Positions 13,582 through 26,074 of a stretch of DNA of 64,000 nucleotides are shown piece by piece. The first letter of the stretch is position 1, and the number at the start of each line of letters is the position of its first letter. The notes beneath the pieces were generated by a model that was not told the DNA's origin, did not search any database, and saw nothing but the letters and a program-made list of their open reading frames with translations. Both the position numbers and the translations under genes were made by a program. The DNA is taken from NCBI GenBank assembly GCA_021613535.1, contig CP075493.1, positions 11,470,001 to 11,534,000 of the forward strand, read 5' to 3'. This stretch comes from Adineta vaga (taxonomy: Eukaryota; Animalia; Rotifera).

Positions 13582-15144
13582 CTAAAGACGATGTATAATA
13601 GGAAACTCTCCTTCAAGGCCTTCACCTTGCACACTCCCAGTATCAATAATAACATCCGATGCTATCGTTCTTGATATTGTATGAATCTCTGACGATTTTC
13701 TTTGTTCATTTGTTGGACTTATCATTGGTGCTGATGGTACACGACAGAAAAGAAGTGCGATGATAACTCCAGCACCACTCAATCCTATTCCAACATATAA
13801 ACCACCACGATAACCTTCTAGAACACTTTTTCCTTTCTTCAATAATTCACTTTCAACAGTTCCAGCAATACCCAAACCAAGAGAAATCGACCAATTAATC
13901 ACTGTATTAACCATACTTGCAGCAACACCTTGTTGATGTGTGGGCATTGTATTACTGACGATCAATGATGCTGCAGGAAAACTTATATCCATGCCAAAAG
14001 GTGTTAATAATGTTGCTACGAATACTTGTGCCCAATAGGTTTGCTCTACTGGCATAGTTCCAATAAGAATATTTCCAATGCAAAAGAAACACATAGCTGC
14101 CATCAATAGAAAATGAGCAGGTATTCGTCCATACAATTGAGAAACAGATAATGTCGCCATTAGACCAGCAGGAATTACGGGTGATAGCATTGCTGTTGTT
14201 AATAATGGAGATGCACCACGAAGAACTTGGAGAAATTGAACAATATAATAAATAAATATGCCAAAGCTAGACCATCCTAATGCAATACATGCAAGAACAC
14301 CTGGAAAACCTTTGACTAACCAAATTGATAATGGCATAATGGGTTCTTTTGTTTTCATTTCAATAAATATAAATAAAGCAATAATTAAGACACTAACAAT
14401 TAACAGAACATATACATAAGGTTTATCCCATCCCGTTACTGGTCCTTGATTCCAACAGTAAATAAACAATGTTAAACCTGACAATCCAACAATAGTTCCA
14501 AGTATATCAGTTTTTCCTGTTGGATGAACAGCACTAGATAATTCTTCGGGAACAATATACGCAGATGAGATAGCAAGAAATGCGCAAAAAAATGCTAAAG
14601 CCCATTGTCCCCAAGGCCACCATAGTAATTGAGCAAAGATACTTCCAAATAAAGCACCAACAATAAATCCTAGAGGTGCAGTTGCTCCAAACATTGAAAA
14701 AACAAATGATTTTCTCTTTCCAGTTGGATATGTTCTTGCCAAGAGAGCAACTCCATTTGGTAAAAGAGTCGCAGGACCTATGCCTTGCAATGCTCTCATA
14801 ATATTAAAATAGATATCATTTTTAACATAAGCACCCATGCCAGTAAATGCACTAAAGATGGAAAATATGATAAAGCCAATGATCAATAATAATTTATGGC
14901 CATAAATATCACCTAATCGTCCTGTTACCATAATAAATATACCAACGGTGAGAGAATAAGAAGCTAATGTCCAAGGTAATTCAGCAGGTTCATCAATACC
15001 AACATCGGGACCAATAATATGAAGAGGAACAAGAACATTACCTAATGCTGCTTGACAAAGTAATTGTGCACAAGAAACAACACTAACATAAATGATTTCA
15101 TGAAGAAAACTTTTAAAACAAGCCGGACGTTCATCAAAATACAT
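13582..15144 (-). CDS. MFS drug:H+ antiporter (DHA2, fungal ATR1-like), intronless
   Basis: About 14 TM; motif A GRLGDIYGHK, RALQGIG, motif C APLGFIVGALFG, FGMDISFPA, QQGVAASMV. Confidence 0.9.
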   Translation of the reverse strand: MYFDERPACFKSFLHEIIYVSVVSCAQLLCQAALGNVLVPLHIIGPDVGIDEPAELPWTLASYSLTVGIFIMVTGRLGDIYGHKLLLIIGFIIFSIFSAFTGMGAYVKNDIYFNIMRALQGIGPATLLPNGVALLARTYPTGKRKSFVFSMFGATAPLGFIVGALFGSIFAQLLWWPWGQWALAFFCAFLAISSAYIVPEELSSAVHPTGKTDILGTIVGLSGLTLFIYCWNQGPVTGWDKPYVYVLLIVSVLIIALFIFIEMKTKEPIMPLSIWLVKGFPGVLACIALGWSSFGIFIYYIVQFLQVLRGASPLLTTAMLSPVIPAGLMATLSVSQLYGRIPAHFLLMAAMCFFCIGNILIGTMPVEQTYWAQVFVATLLTPFGMDISFPAASLIVSNTMPTHQQGVAASMVNTVINWSISLGLGIAGTVESELLKKGKSVLEGYRGGLYVGIGLSGAGVIIALLFCRVPSAPMISPTNEQRKSSEIHTISRTIASDVIIDTGSVQGEGLEGEFPIIHRL

Positions 15145-15370
15145 GGTTGTATTACAATCGAGTTACTGATTAGCTAATTGTGTAAGTAAGCGATACTTTA
15201 TATTGTCTTCATCTCTATAGGTGTCGAATGTACCGCATATATCCTGCAGTCTTTGAATGTTGTTTACATTACGAAGGTATATTTTCGATAGATGACAAAA
15301 AAAATGCTTCGTCACGATTGATAATTATACAGAAAGTTTCATATTTTTCTTCCTTTCCTATATCGTTGAG

Positions 15371-16704
15371 TCATACTATAAGATTAATGTCCATAATAAA
15401 GGATAGTAAAGAAAATAAAATAAAAGCAAAGCAACTATGAGCACGATGTTGTAGGCTTGCACCTTTACTTCTATAGTTTGTACGTAAAAAATCATCGATA
15501 TGAATCGCATATGGATGTAATATCGGTGTATATTCGAATAATTTAACATATTCAGAAAGCAATTTCCACCAATAACATATAACGGCTTGTTCACTTAAGT
15601 AATCAAGAACTAATTGTTGACCTGCATGACCAATCTCTTTAGCTATATGTTCGTGTTCTTTCAAGTAATTTACTGCATCATCAAGTACTTTTCCACTATT
15701 ATTTGCGTTAACAAGAAAAATATTGGTACCATTTTGAAGGAGATGATACCAATATTCTTGCCAATAATCCATCATTGGATAAATAACAGGAGAACCACAT
15801 AACAATAAATATTTCAATCGGGATGAATATGAATGACCTTCGACATGCAACAAATATTTATAATTACAATTCTCTTCGGGTGTTTTATACATATTTGTAG
15901 GTCGAAGTTGTAAAGTTCTATTATTATCAATCCAACTAACGATGGCGATATCCATATTGTTAGGATATTGTCGAGTTTCAGCAAAAATCCATGCTCGTTT
16001 AGGTTTATATTCACCTCGCCATAGTAATTTTGATAATCTTGTTTCATAAGGATACTTTTGTGCATTTTCCACAATAGATACAAGTTTTTCTGGCCAACGT
16101 CCAAGTCGAGTTTCGGGAAAACTCCAAAATGAAAAGCATGGCATTAAAACGATTCGATCCTCATGCAAACCACGTTTTGTTTGATTCATTTTTGTCAAAC
16201 CAAAGATAGGAACTTTAAAATGAGCGTTAACATCATGTGGCTCAACGAAATCTTGTATATCAAAGAAAAGATCAGTATTTGGAATATCAAAAAATGTATC
16301 CGTAACTTGTTTGAGTAACATTAATACACTCTGACCACGTGTTTCATAATCGGCAATGACAGGTCGTGGAATAATATAAAGTTTATTTTGAATAATCTGA
16401 ATATGATGACAATTTGAACATCCAATTGTTGTCTGTTTAATATCGACGAGCGAAATTTTTCGTTGATTAAATGGTTGAAAATCAATATAGACACGAGAAA
16501 ATAGATTAAATGTATCATTATTAGAATACAATCGATCGCAGATATGTATTGCGTTAGAATTAGGTGTGAATGGAAGTTTGCTCCTCATATTTGGATTGAA
16601 AGAAAGTGATGATGTTCTATAATGACAATATAAATTCCTGTCATAATGATAATATCTGCTAATATGAAATGTTTTAATGTACAATTCAATCTGTTGTAGC
16701 GCAT
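15371..16704 (-). CDS. Glycosyltransferase family 90 (CAP10/POGLUT-like); possible frameshift at the N-terminus
   Basis: LMPCFSFWSFP, KLLWRG, CNYKYLLHVEGHSYSSRLKYLLLCGS, EYWYHLL, IAKEIGHAG; a signal-anchor-like 39-codon ORF (16704-16585) lies in another frame. Confidence 0.8.
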
Positions 16705-16876
16705 TTTTCAGAGCAACTCAATCGATTTTTTTGAAATTATTGTTTGTTTTGAAAGAACAAACGTGATTGTTACTAGTAGAAAAGAAACAAAAAAGGACTG
16801 CGACTTCTTTTTTTCTGTTCGATGAAAGATTTATTCAGTTTTTTTCCGTTCTTCTTAGACATAAAAAAGTAGTATT

Positions 16877-18654
16877 TTAAGAGATCAATTTGATAAATGC
16901 TTGTTCAAGATTTGTATTATTCTTCACCGATATTTCTACATATGGAATATTGAAAGAATCCGCTAGATTCTATAAGAAGAAAAAGATAAGTTCGATATTA
17001 TTTTTTTCAACTCTATACTTTAGCTTGATCATAATCAATTATCCGTTGTGTGGTTAAATCACATTTGTTACCAACCAATAATCTTTTGATATGTTTATCA
17101 CCTTCTTGTAACCAACCAGTCACACTTTCAAATGATTTCTTCAAAAAAACAGATCAATACTATACAGTATAGCGAGATATCAAAATACTTAGAGAAATAT
17201 ACTTTATTTGTAACATCGAATACTACGATAATACCTTTGGTTTCAGCACAATAATTCTCTGGAATGAAATGTAACAGAAAGTGTGAAACTATATCGAAAA
17301 TATTACTTGCTAATGATCGAAGTTGTTCATTACCAGTTATATCCCACTAAAAGAATCAAAAGATTCTATTTCAGTGTATAACAACTATCTATACATACAA
17401 TATCCATTTTTGTTGTTATACCGTTATGATTAATTTTATGACTTTCTACATTGAAACCAATGGTTGGTAAGGAATGAACATGAAATATATTTTTCTAAAA
17501 AATATCAATATCATAATAAACCCACTAGTTCAATCTATATTTACAGTCAATCGTTCTAGCAAGCATGATTTTCCTACTCCTGAATCACCGAATAACAATA
17601 TCCGAAATGAATCTTGACTAAATAGTACATGTGTATATTTTCATGTCACTATGAACCAAAAACATCAGAATCAACTTACAGATCAATCTTTTCCTCAGAT
17701 GTCATCGACTGTATACTGGAATCTAAATTAGAATTCGTTGCATCTGGAAGACTCTGTATTAGATGATCTAGTATCATTGAAAACGCTTCTTCAATATTAG
17801 TTGAATCTTTTGCTGATGTTTCAACGTATGGCATATTGAAGGATTCAGCCAAAGTCTATATCAAGTAACAAGATACAAGACAAAACTTCTTCGTCTAACA
17901 TACTTTTGCTTGTGCATAGTCAATAACTCTTTTCGCTGTAAGATCACATTTGTTTCCAACTAATATCTTATTCGTATTAGTTGATAAATAACTATTAACT
18001 TCTCGTGTCCATTGTTCTACATTCTCAAATGACTCCTACATGATCGAATAGATTATAGAAGTTAAAATATCATCTTATTCAAATTCACGTACTGTATTTG
18101 TTACATCGAAAACAATGATAACACCAGTAGCATTCTGCAAAAAAGAGCCTTAAAAAAACAAGAATTTCATTTCTTCGATAATCCGTAGAAAAATCATCTA
18201 TACTTATTAATTGGTGAAATTTTTCTTGACCTGATGTATCGTACTAAATAAGAGAATAATGATTATTATCATACACACATATATATTTAATGATTTTCTT
18301 TACGAAATATAATCGAGTTCGTTTTCTGTCCTGTTTAATTGTATGACTTAACTAAATAAAAATGTATCATTTATGATGAATTTCAAATATGAATGGAATA
18401 AGAAAATATACTAACAAAATCAGCTCCAATAGTAGGTGAACTTGTTTCGGTGAATGTTTTATTCTAAATATAAGAAATCAATCAATAGAAATACATTGAC
18501 AGGAAAGAATACACATGATATACCATAAAACGTGATAAAAGTGATGATTTGCCAACATTTGTGTCGCCGATAAGTACAATTTTCAATCTTCAATAGAAAT
18601 GTCTTTTTATTCGATGTATAAACCATAAAGGAACATATACTTATTATTAGCCAT
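16877..18654 (-). CDS. Multi-exon gene encoding two tandem Rab-like small GTPase domains
   Basis: Manual splicing. Domain 1: [32 protein letters not shown]. In-frame intron 17679-17618. Domain 2: [32 protein letters not shown]. Stop at 16879-16877. Not in the ORF track. Confidence 0.82.
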
Positions 18655-20297
18655 TGTATGGGTGTATTTTAATCGAATGAATATTCTTCAAACAAAAAAG
18701 TAGAACTATTATTTCGACATGTTGTGAAATACCTATTTTATGGTAGATTGACAAGTATCGGCCTGTGTGTGTGTGTTGACGAGTCAACAAAACTTCTAGA
18801 AAGACAAAGATCAGAACGTAAAAATTATTTAAAAAAATGTTGACTGCGCAGCAATGCTTTGAATCTTGTCGTTTGTGAATATAAGATAGGTAAAAAACAT
18901 GGGTTTGACAAAAAAGTGAAATTTTCATTAATGAAATTCACAAAGCAAATATATAAATCGTCCATCACATGCAAGAATTTTTCTGCATTGAAAGCAAACA
19001 AAATCAATAGTACAAAGGTGATGCGTTTCAAAATAAAAACGTGATCGTATGACTAAAAGTAATCATTAAATAGAATTAACTTCGGTTCTTGTTCATGCAA
19101 CTTGGTCATATGTGAATTAATTTGCTCTTTTATGTTTTCAGTTATTCATGAAAAAGCAGAAGTTATAGTGAGGTAACAAAATAATGAAATATCTCAAACG
19201 ATCAATGTTTGTCAAACAGGAGTCATGATGGTTGTGTCAAAACTAACGCCTATAAGGTTTAGTAACGTTAATTAGATAGATTTAACCATTCGCAATACAA
19301 TTATTTTTACACATGTCGTTCAACTACTCATCAATCCAATGATTGTTGTAATAATGTGTACCACACCATTTTTTGTCTCATGTGTATAAAGTCATTTCGA
19401 TGGGTGGTATGCATCATAGTACTGATCATACACTATTGGTGCATCCTACTTTTCCAGCACTAACTTGTCGAAAAGATTTTCACTTGTTCATTGTTTGAAG
19501 AACCCTTGACACCGTAAGCCGTTGTAGATACTCCGTGAAAAACGTCAGTAGGATTGAGTGAGGAGACTACAGCATTGCTTTGAAAATCAGTCTAAGAAAT
19601 AAAAATGGACTTGTCGCTGGAAAATCATGTGTATCTATATTTGTGTGTCATGAGAATATCTCAATATTTGATTTTTTAATTAAATAAACCTTTGTATTCA
19701 TGTTATTGATTGTTCTCTGTTCTATATAACATCAACATCGATTGCACTAATGACATCGATTCTAAGTCAAATAATGGATTCGGATATTTCAGTTTTCACA
19801 ATCGTATTAGAAGTATCACACCTTTTCAGTGGTTTTTCATAGGCACCATCACGAATACCAAAATATTTGAGAATGGCATGATGCTCTTTCGTATTTCAAA
19901 TATTCGTATGTTGTTTTAAGTTTAAATGAATATCAAAGGCTTCAATTTCAATGTAACAATCCATTGAGTGCAACAGAAGCTTGTTTATTGGAAGAATAAA
20001 CAGTCATTTCCTTATATGTATTGAAGTTTGATTTGTGTTTCTCGATGTCGACTTCAAGAACATTAATATTGATCAGGGTCATTTGTTAGTACATCAACTG
20101 TTTTGTATTCTGAGAGAAAGTTCGATTAATAAAATAAAAGCACAATAACATACGGAATGATCCTTTTCTTCTTCTATAAATTAAAACAAGGAGTATTGTA
20201 TTAATGAAACCTAAGATATGCGTACATCTATTGTATAAAAGAAATAATAAATACAATCGCATTTTCATTTTATTTTATTGAAAAACTGATTACAATC

Positions 20298-22151
20298 ATG
20301 TCCAACCGAAGTTGCATACAGACATCGAACGATCCTGTTGAAGCAATTCAACTAAATGTGATAAAAGTTTCTCGCCATCGACATAATCGAGTAATTGCTT
20401 TTATTACTCTCTTTCATTCTTTTTCTTATCAAATCAATTTAGCATCATCATCCAATAGCATCATTATCCTCATCGAAATCACGTGTAATTCATACAAGTA
20501 TTCGATCGAAAAGTAATAATCGTTCAATTGAAAATGCTCATCATCGTGAAGAAAAATCGATTATCAAAAATCTAATTAAACGATCAAAAAGTACAACTAG
20601 TTCTGTCAGTGTCAGCAAAGTTCATCCAACACCATGTGAAGTAAATAGAAACGTTGTTTGATTCAGACATGTTAATTATTCTAATATAGACACATCACTC
20701 TTCCGCAAAGACGATTACTGTTCAAGATAATAGTCACCGAGAAATCATTCAAGATAATAGTTCTTCGCCCAATTTATTCACAGCAGCTGACGAGAATATT
20801 TTTCCTATTTGGACAAATCAAAAGAATATAACAAATGATTATCATAAAACTAGTAAAATCAATAAAAAGAAAAAGTAAATTGCTTTTTTTTCCATTATTA
20901 ACTATCTTCTTTCGTTTTGTTTTAGGTATAAACGTTATTATATTGCATTTTCTGTTGTTACTATTCTGATTCTTGGCATAGCAATCATGGCAACCCTTCT
21001 TGCAGTTTTAATCAAACCAAAATCAACACAAACAAGTCAAACATGTGAATATTTTCTCATTCTTCGTACTTCATCTTTCTTTTATACTTCTTTTCAGACA
21101 TGACAACTATTAGCAATCCATGTATGTGTCTCTATTGACAGAAAAATTTTATAGAATCATCTTGACTCTCCTCTATTTGAAGGTGTGACCAATATATTTT
21201 GGAATAAAATAGGTATTATCTATGCGGGCAATGGTATTCAAGGTCCTTCTCTCAATCAGTTATCATCACCAACAGGTATATACATGGATCCGCTTGATTC
21301 CTTATATATTAATGATAATGGAAATTTTCGTTCAATCAAATATTCATCTGGTGCTACAATAGGAGTACTAGTTGCTGCCGGCATGAGTGGCAGTGCATTG
21401 AATCAATTTGGTGCAGGTATACGATTTGGTTATGCAGATTCAAATCAGAATGTTTACGTTGCTGATATGAGCAATCATAGAGTCATGCGTTGGGCAAATG
21501 GTGCATCTACAGGAGTAGTGGTGGCTGGTAATGGTACCTTTGGAAGTACCTTAAATCAGCTAAGAAATCCATATAGTGTATGGGTCGATTCGAATTCGAA
21601 TGTTTATGTTGCTGAATATATGAATCATCGTGTAACAAAATGGAGTCCAGGTGCAACAGCAGGAATTGTTGTTGCTGGTGGGAACGGACAAGGTAAAAAT
21701 GAATCAGAAATTACTATCATAATTTTTATCCTCATCAATAGGTACAACATCGGATAAATTATCATATCCAAGTAGTTTAGTTTATGATGAATCTAATCAA
21801 GACTTATATATCACCAATGCACTGTCAGAAACAGTCATCAAATGGCATATTAATGCCTCGAATGGCACTTTTGTCGCTGGAATTTCTGCCACGTCTGGAT
21901 CATCAGCTATTCTTTTAGCGAACCCAATAGATTTAAAATTAGATCGATGGAATAATATCTATGTTGTTGATAGAGGAAATTCACGCATTCAACTATTTTG
22001 TAATGGTAATTCAACAGGTATTACCATTGTTGGAGCTGGTAGTAACAATGGCAATCTTATTTCTCCATATAGTGTAGCAATAGATTCACAATTAAATTTA
22101 TATGTTTCAGACAATGCCTTTGCACGTGTAACAAAATTTTCAAAACTATAA
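20298..22151 (+). CDS. Type II membrane protein with extracellular NHL-repeat beta-propeller, about 7 exons
   Basis: Low-complexity N-terminal exons, TM exon YIAFSVVTILILGIAIMATLLAVLI, repeats LNQLxxPxGI..D...YVAD..NHRV.KW..GA..G.VVAG; stop at 22149-22151. Confidence 0.85.
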
Positions 22152-22804
22152 ACAATGGACACAAAAAATTAATATTCATAAAAATATATCCTAAACGTGT
22201 CCTTTAATTCTTTTTATAATCTTTGAGTTTTATTTGAATATTTTAATGAAGATCATAACGTCAAATGAAAAGTTAAATTTTTATGAATAAAATATCCATC
22301 TATATTAATAATTCAGTGAATGTAGCGCCGATTGAATAATAGTTTATCTCGACCAGTAATTTGAACACATGTCTCGACGGAAAGATTTCTATAGATGGTG
22401 TTGGTTGTGTTCAACTCTTCTTTCTTCTCTTACTCGTAATCAACCATTAAAATTTAACGTTCGCTAAATAATAAACAAAGTAAAATTTCATTCTGCAATA
22501 TCCACAGAGTAATTTGTATTCGCTAGTATACACTGTGATTCCTCTTTCGCTACGGAGCATATTTCTTTTCTTTTTTTTCCTTTCTTAAAGCTTCAATATA
22601 TTCTGTGTCTATTATCTATAATATAAACATTTTCCACCAATGAATAACCATGCTATTTCTTTTTTCATAATCAAACTCTACATGAGTTAAGCAAAAAACA
22701 ACATATAACGTTATATGATTAGATGTTAACACAGATGAATATAATATTTCTCATTTAGATCTTCTCAAAGCGCCTATTAGTTTTTCATTATTCATCGATA
22801 GAAA

Positions 22805-23898
22805 ATGGCTGAAAAACAAGATGAAGAAAAATATCCAGGTGAAGCAAATCAAATGGTTCCTTTGTTACCTCCAACATATAGTCATACAGTTGGACTTGAT
22901 GCTTTAAGAACAGTTGAATCATTAAAAATAAAACAAATTCCTTCGTTATCTGAAAGTAAATTATTACGAAAAAATATCGTCCGAAGTTTGATTATTATTC
23001 TATAGTTATATGTGGTATTCCATCACAAGCTAAATTTGATATTTTTAACGAAAGAAATGAACGAATATTTCAAGCGCATGAAAGTAAGTTTTCATATTCA
23101 ATCGGAAGAAAACAAAATCTTTTTTCTTTGTAATAAAAAATAGCATCATCATTTTGGCAACGTTGTTTTTGTACAAATAGACGACGTTTTACATTACGTA
23201 TTATTAATAATATCAATCAAGATATTATTTTAATTAGACGAGAATTCAAATGTTGTTCTGGATGTTGTTGGTGTGCAAATACACAATGTTGCAAACAAGA
23301 ATTGACAGTTGAATCACCACCGGGAACTGTCATTGGCACTGTATCACAAAAGTATACATTCATGTCTTTAACAAAAAACAAAAGATACTTATCCTCATCA
23401 TTATTTTTATTTAGAGGAAGTTGTTGTCGATATACTTATGAGATTAATGATGCAAATGATACATTAATATTTACATTGGTCGGCCCAGCAATTATCTTTG
23501 ATGGACCATTGACATGCTGTTGTGAAAATAAATTTACAGTAAGAAGAAGCAGAGAATAATCTCACTTTATGGAGTATATGAAATTTTTCTATTGGTAGTT
23601 ATTGGGTACAGATGGAGTGACAGAAATTGGCGCTATCTATAAGAAATATCGTGGTTTTCTAAGTGAAGCATTCTCAAGTGCTGATGCATTTTTACTTGAA
23701 TGTAAGTTCACATGGATGACTATAAAAGAAAACATCTATCTGTTTAGTTCCAATGGATCTTGATGTAAAAATGAAAGCAGTAGCACTGGGTGCACTTTTT
23801 CTCATTGTAAGTTTAAACAAATTATCGTATTCTTATGAATATTCTTTTGATTTTCAAAGGATTTCATGCTTTTTTCAACGGTACCAGGCAGCAACTGA
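22805..23898 (+). CDS. Phospholipid scramblase, multi-exon
   Basis: FQAHE..SFWQRCFCTNRRRF, Cys-rich KCCSGCCWCANTQCCKQELTVESPPGTVIG, EIGAIYKKYRG, DAF...PMDLDVKMKAVALGALFLI-DFM. Confidence 0.9.
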
Positions 23899-24207
23899 TT
23901 CATAACTTTATTTTTGTTAAAAACTAATGAATGCTTTGTAGTTTCATAGAAACATGGCAGTATAGAAATTATATTTAACAGCAAATAAAGAGTTTCTTGT
24001 TAAAGTTCATTGATTATTCAATCCATGTTGGATGAAGCACTAAATTTGTGTGTCATTCCATATCTTTGGAGGTATTGACATAATCTTAACTTTACATTTA
24101 TTCGTTATCTTTCACTATTGTTGCATCTCTGTTTTGCAAGAACAAAAAACAATATAAAACGCCCTTAATTATTTAGTTGAATATTATTCATAAGAATTCT
24201 AAACAAA

Positions 24208-24771
24208 ATGAAAATTGTTTATATGCCTGACGTAGGTTTTAAAATTAATGATCAATATGAAGAAAGAACGATAAAATGGAATGATCAACGGAAACATATT
24301 CGGAAAACAGTATTAAAAGAATATGCTTACAAAAAAGATGACTTTAAATATGATGCACTTGATATTTCTGGAAAACGAGACATTTACTCCACAGATGAGG
24401 TGTTTTTTGTCTTAAATTATGATGTATCATCGAATGCACTGAAGGAAATCGAGATTCATCATGGAATTGATATTGAAGTAAATGGTGTAATCATCAAATT
24501 TGGCGACAAAATGGCAACAGTTGCTGAACAACTTGGTATCAAACCTACAGTTTTAGATAATGGTGGAACCTATCTATTTCCAACATTAAAAATGACGATA
24601 TCAAATAGTCGAGAAATGGGTGATGACAATAATAGTGAATCAGATGCAACCGACGAGTCACAAGATATTTGTGAAGAAACTGATGGCGCTGACACTGCCT
24701 ATTTTTATGCTTCGAGCAATATTGATCATTTGCTAGAAGATATAGACACAAAAGAAGACAAAGACCATTGA
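24208..24771 (+). CDS. Hypothetical intronless protein, bacterial-like
   Basis: Clean 187-codon ORF with a good ATG context and globular composition (KRDIY, FFVLNYD, LKEIEIHHG, YLFPTLKMTI, YFYASSNIDHL); no metazoan domain recognised. Confidence 0.7.
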   Translation: MKIVYMPDVGFKINDQYEERTIKWNDQRKHIRKTVLKEYAYKKDDFKYDALDISGKRDIYSTDEVFFVLNYDVSSNALKEIEIHHGIDIEVNGVIIKFGDKMATVAEQLGIKPTVLDNGGTYLFPTLKMTISNSREMGDDNNSESDATDESQDICEETDGADTAYFYASSNIDHLLEDIDTKEDKDH

Positions 24772-25155
24772 AAATGTTGATTATAATAAAGAAAAATGTA
24801 ACGTTCTTTGAACACACAGAATATTGTGTTGGCCAAATCTTTGTCTATAAACTTAAGTTTCTTTGTTTGCATCTGCAACTAATAGTTTCGATGAATATGT
24901 TGTTGCCCTTTGACTTACTGACTTTTTTTTCCAATTTACGCAATATCTATCATATGATAAATTAATATGAATCATGCAAGAGAAATATATCATATGTGCG
25001 TAGGAGAAAGAGACGCAATATTCTTTTTTTTAATCAAATGATAAGATAAAAAATAATGTTTTTGAGTAAATGAGGATCGATATAAAAAGCAAAGTTTTAT
25101 CTGTAAAAGATAATTCCATCTTCAATAACATATTTTCATCCTATTTCCAATAACG

Positions 25156-25457
25156 ATGAATGCAAAAGTTCTATTACTTTTTGCATGTGTCTATATTTTT
25201 GGAATTGTTCTTACTGCAAGTCAACAGAACAGTAATGTTTCGAATTTGTTGCATACAGAATATCTTTACTCAGTCATGTTTTATCTTTAGATGGATTGAA
25301 ATCAATCAAATTTGCTGGTACACGTGATATTTGGGGTTGTAATGGTCCAAATAATATAAATAATCACAAATGTCGAGTTCATTGTCGCACAAGAGGCTAT
25401 CGAAATGGTCAATGTAGCCCTTTATGGAATTACGAACGATGTGTCTGTGTACGATAA
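25156..25457 (+). CDS. CS-alpha-beta defensin precursor (plectasin/ancient invertebrate-type), 2 exons
   Basis: Exons 25156-25231 and 25291-25457 give 80 aa: signal peptide, short propeptide, then DIWGCNGPNNINNHKCRVHCRTRGYRNGQCSPLWNYERCVCVR with C-x10-C-x3-C-x9-C-x8-C-x-C. Not in the ORF track. Confidence 0.9.
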
Positions 25458-26074
25458 GTGACTCGAGAGCATACAGCATTCCAATTTCTATCAATATATA
25501 ATCTGGAATATTCTGCTCATTAATTCTTTTTTTTGCTACTATGATCATTTCATCAAAAAAATAAAAAGAATTTTTGACATTACATCGACTAATTGATCAA
25601 TAAACACATGTTGATCTTCTCTGTTGTTGTTATCCTCTTGATTATTTTCAAGGATGGAAGTGAAAATATGAGTTTGTAATTATTTGAATTATATACTATA
25701 TCGTTTTCAAACCAATAATGTTAAAATTATTCAGTACTTTTTGTCGTTGATTTTTCATCTTTTACTTTAATCGATTCCATATTTTTATAAAAAAAAACAA
25801 GAGAAAAAAGAACAAACTGTAAACGATGAGAAACGAGAGACTGCAGTTTTTCTCTCATTCAACAGATGTGAAAGGATAGAAAGAGAATTAAAGCGTTTCA
25901 AGCATTAAGCTATACGCTGCATAATTTTTAGTTAAAAAAACAAACATTTGATGAGTATTACCACATGTGTAAAAAGCAAGAAAAAGTAACTCTTCTCTCA
26001 TTCACGTGCATGATGAAGAATTTATTTATATATTTCTAGACAATTTTTACTACTATCTTATTAATTATACATAA

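Noticed and set aside
19200-19990. Coding-like decayed sequence on the minus strand
   Set aside because: Many stops and no motif I can assign with confidence
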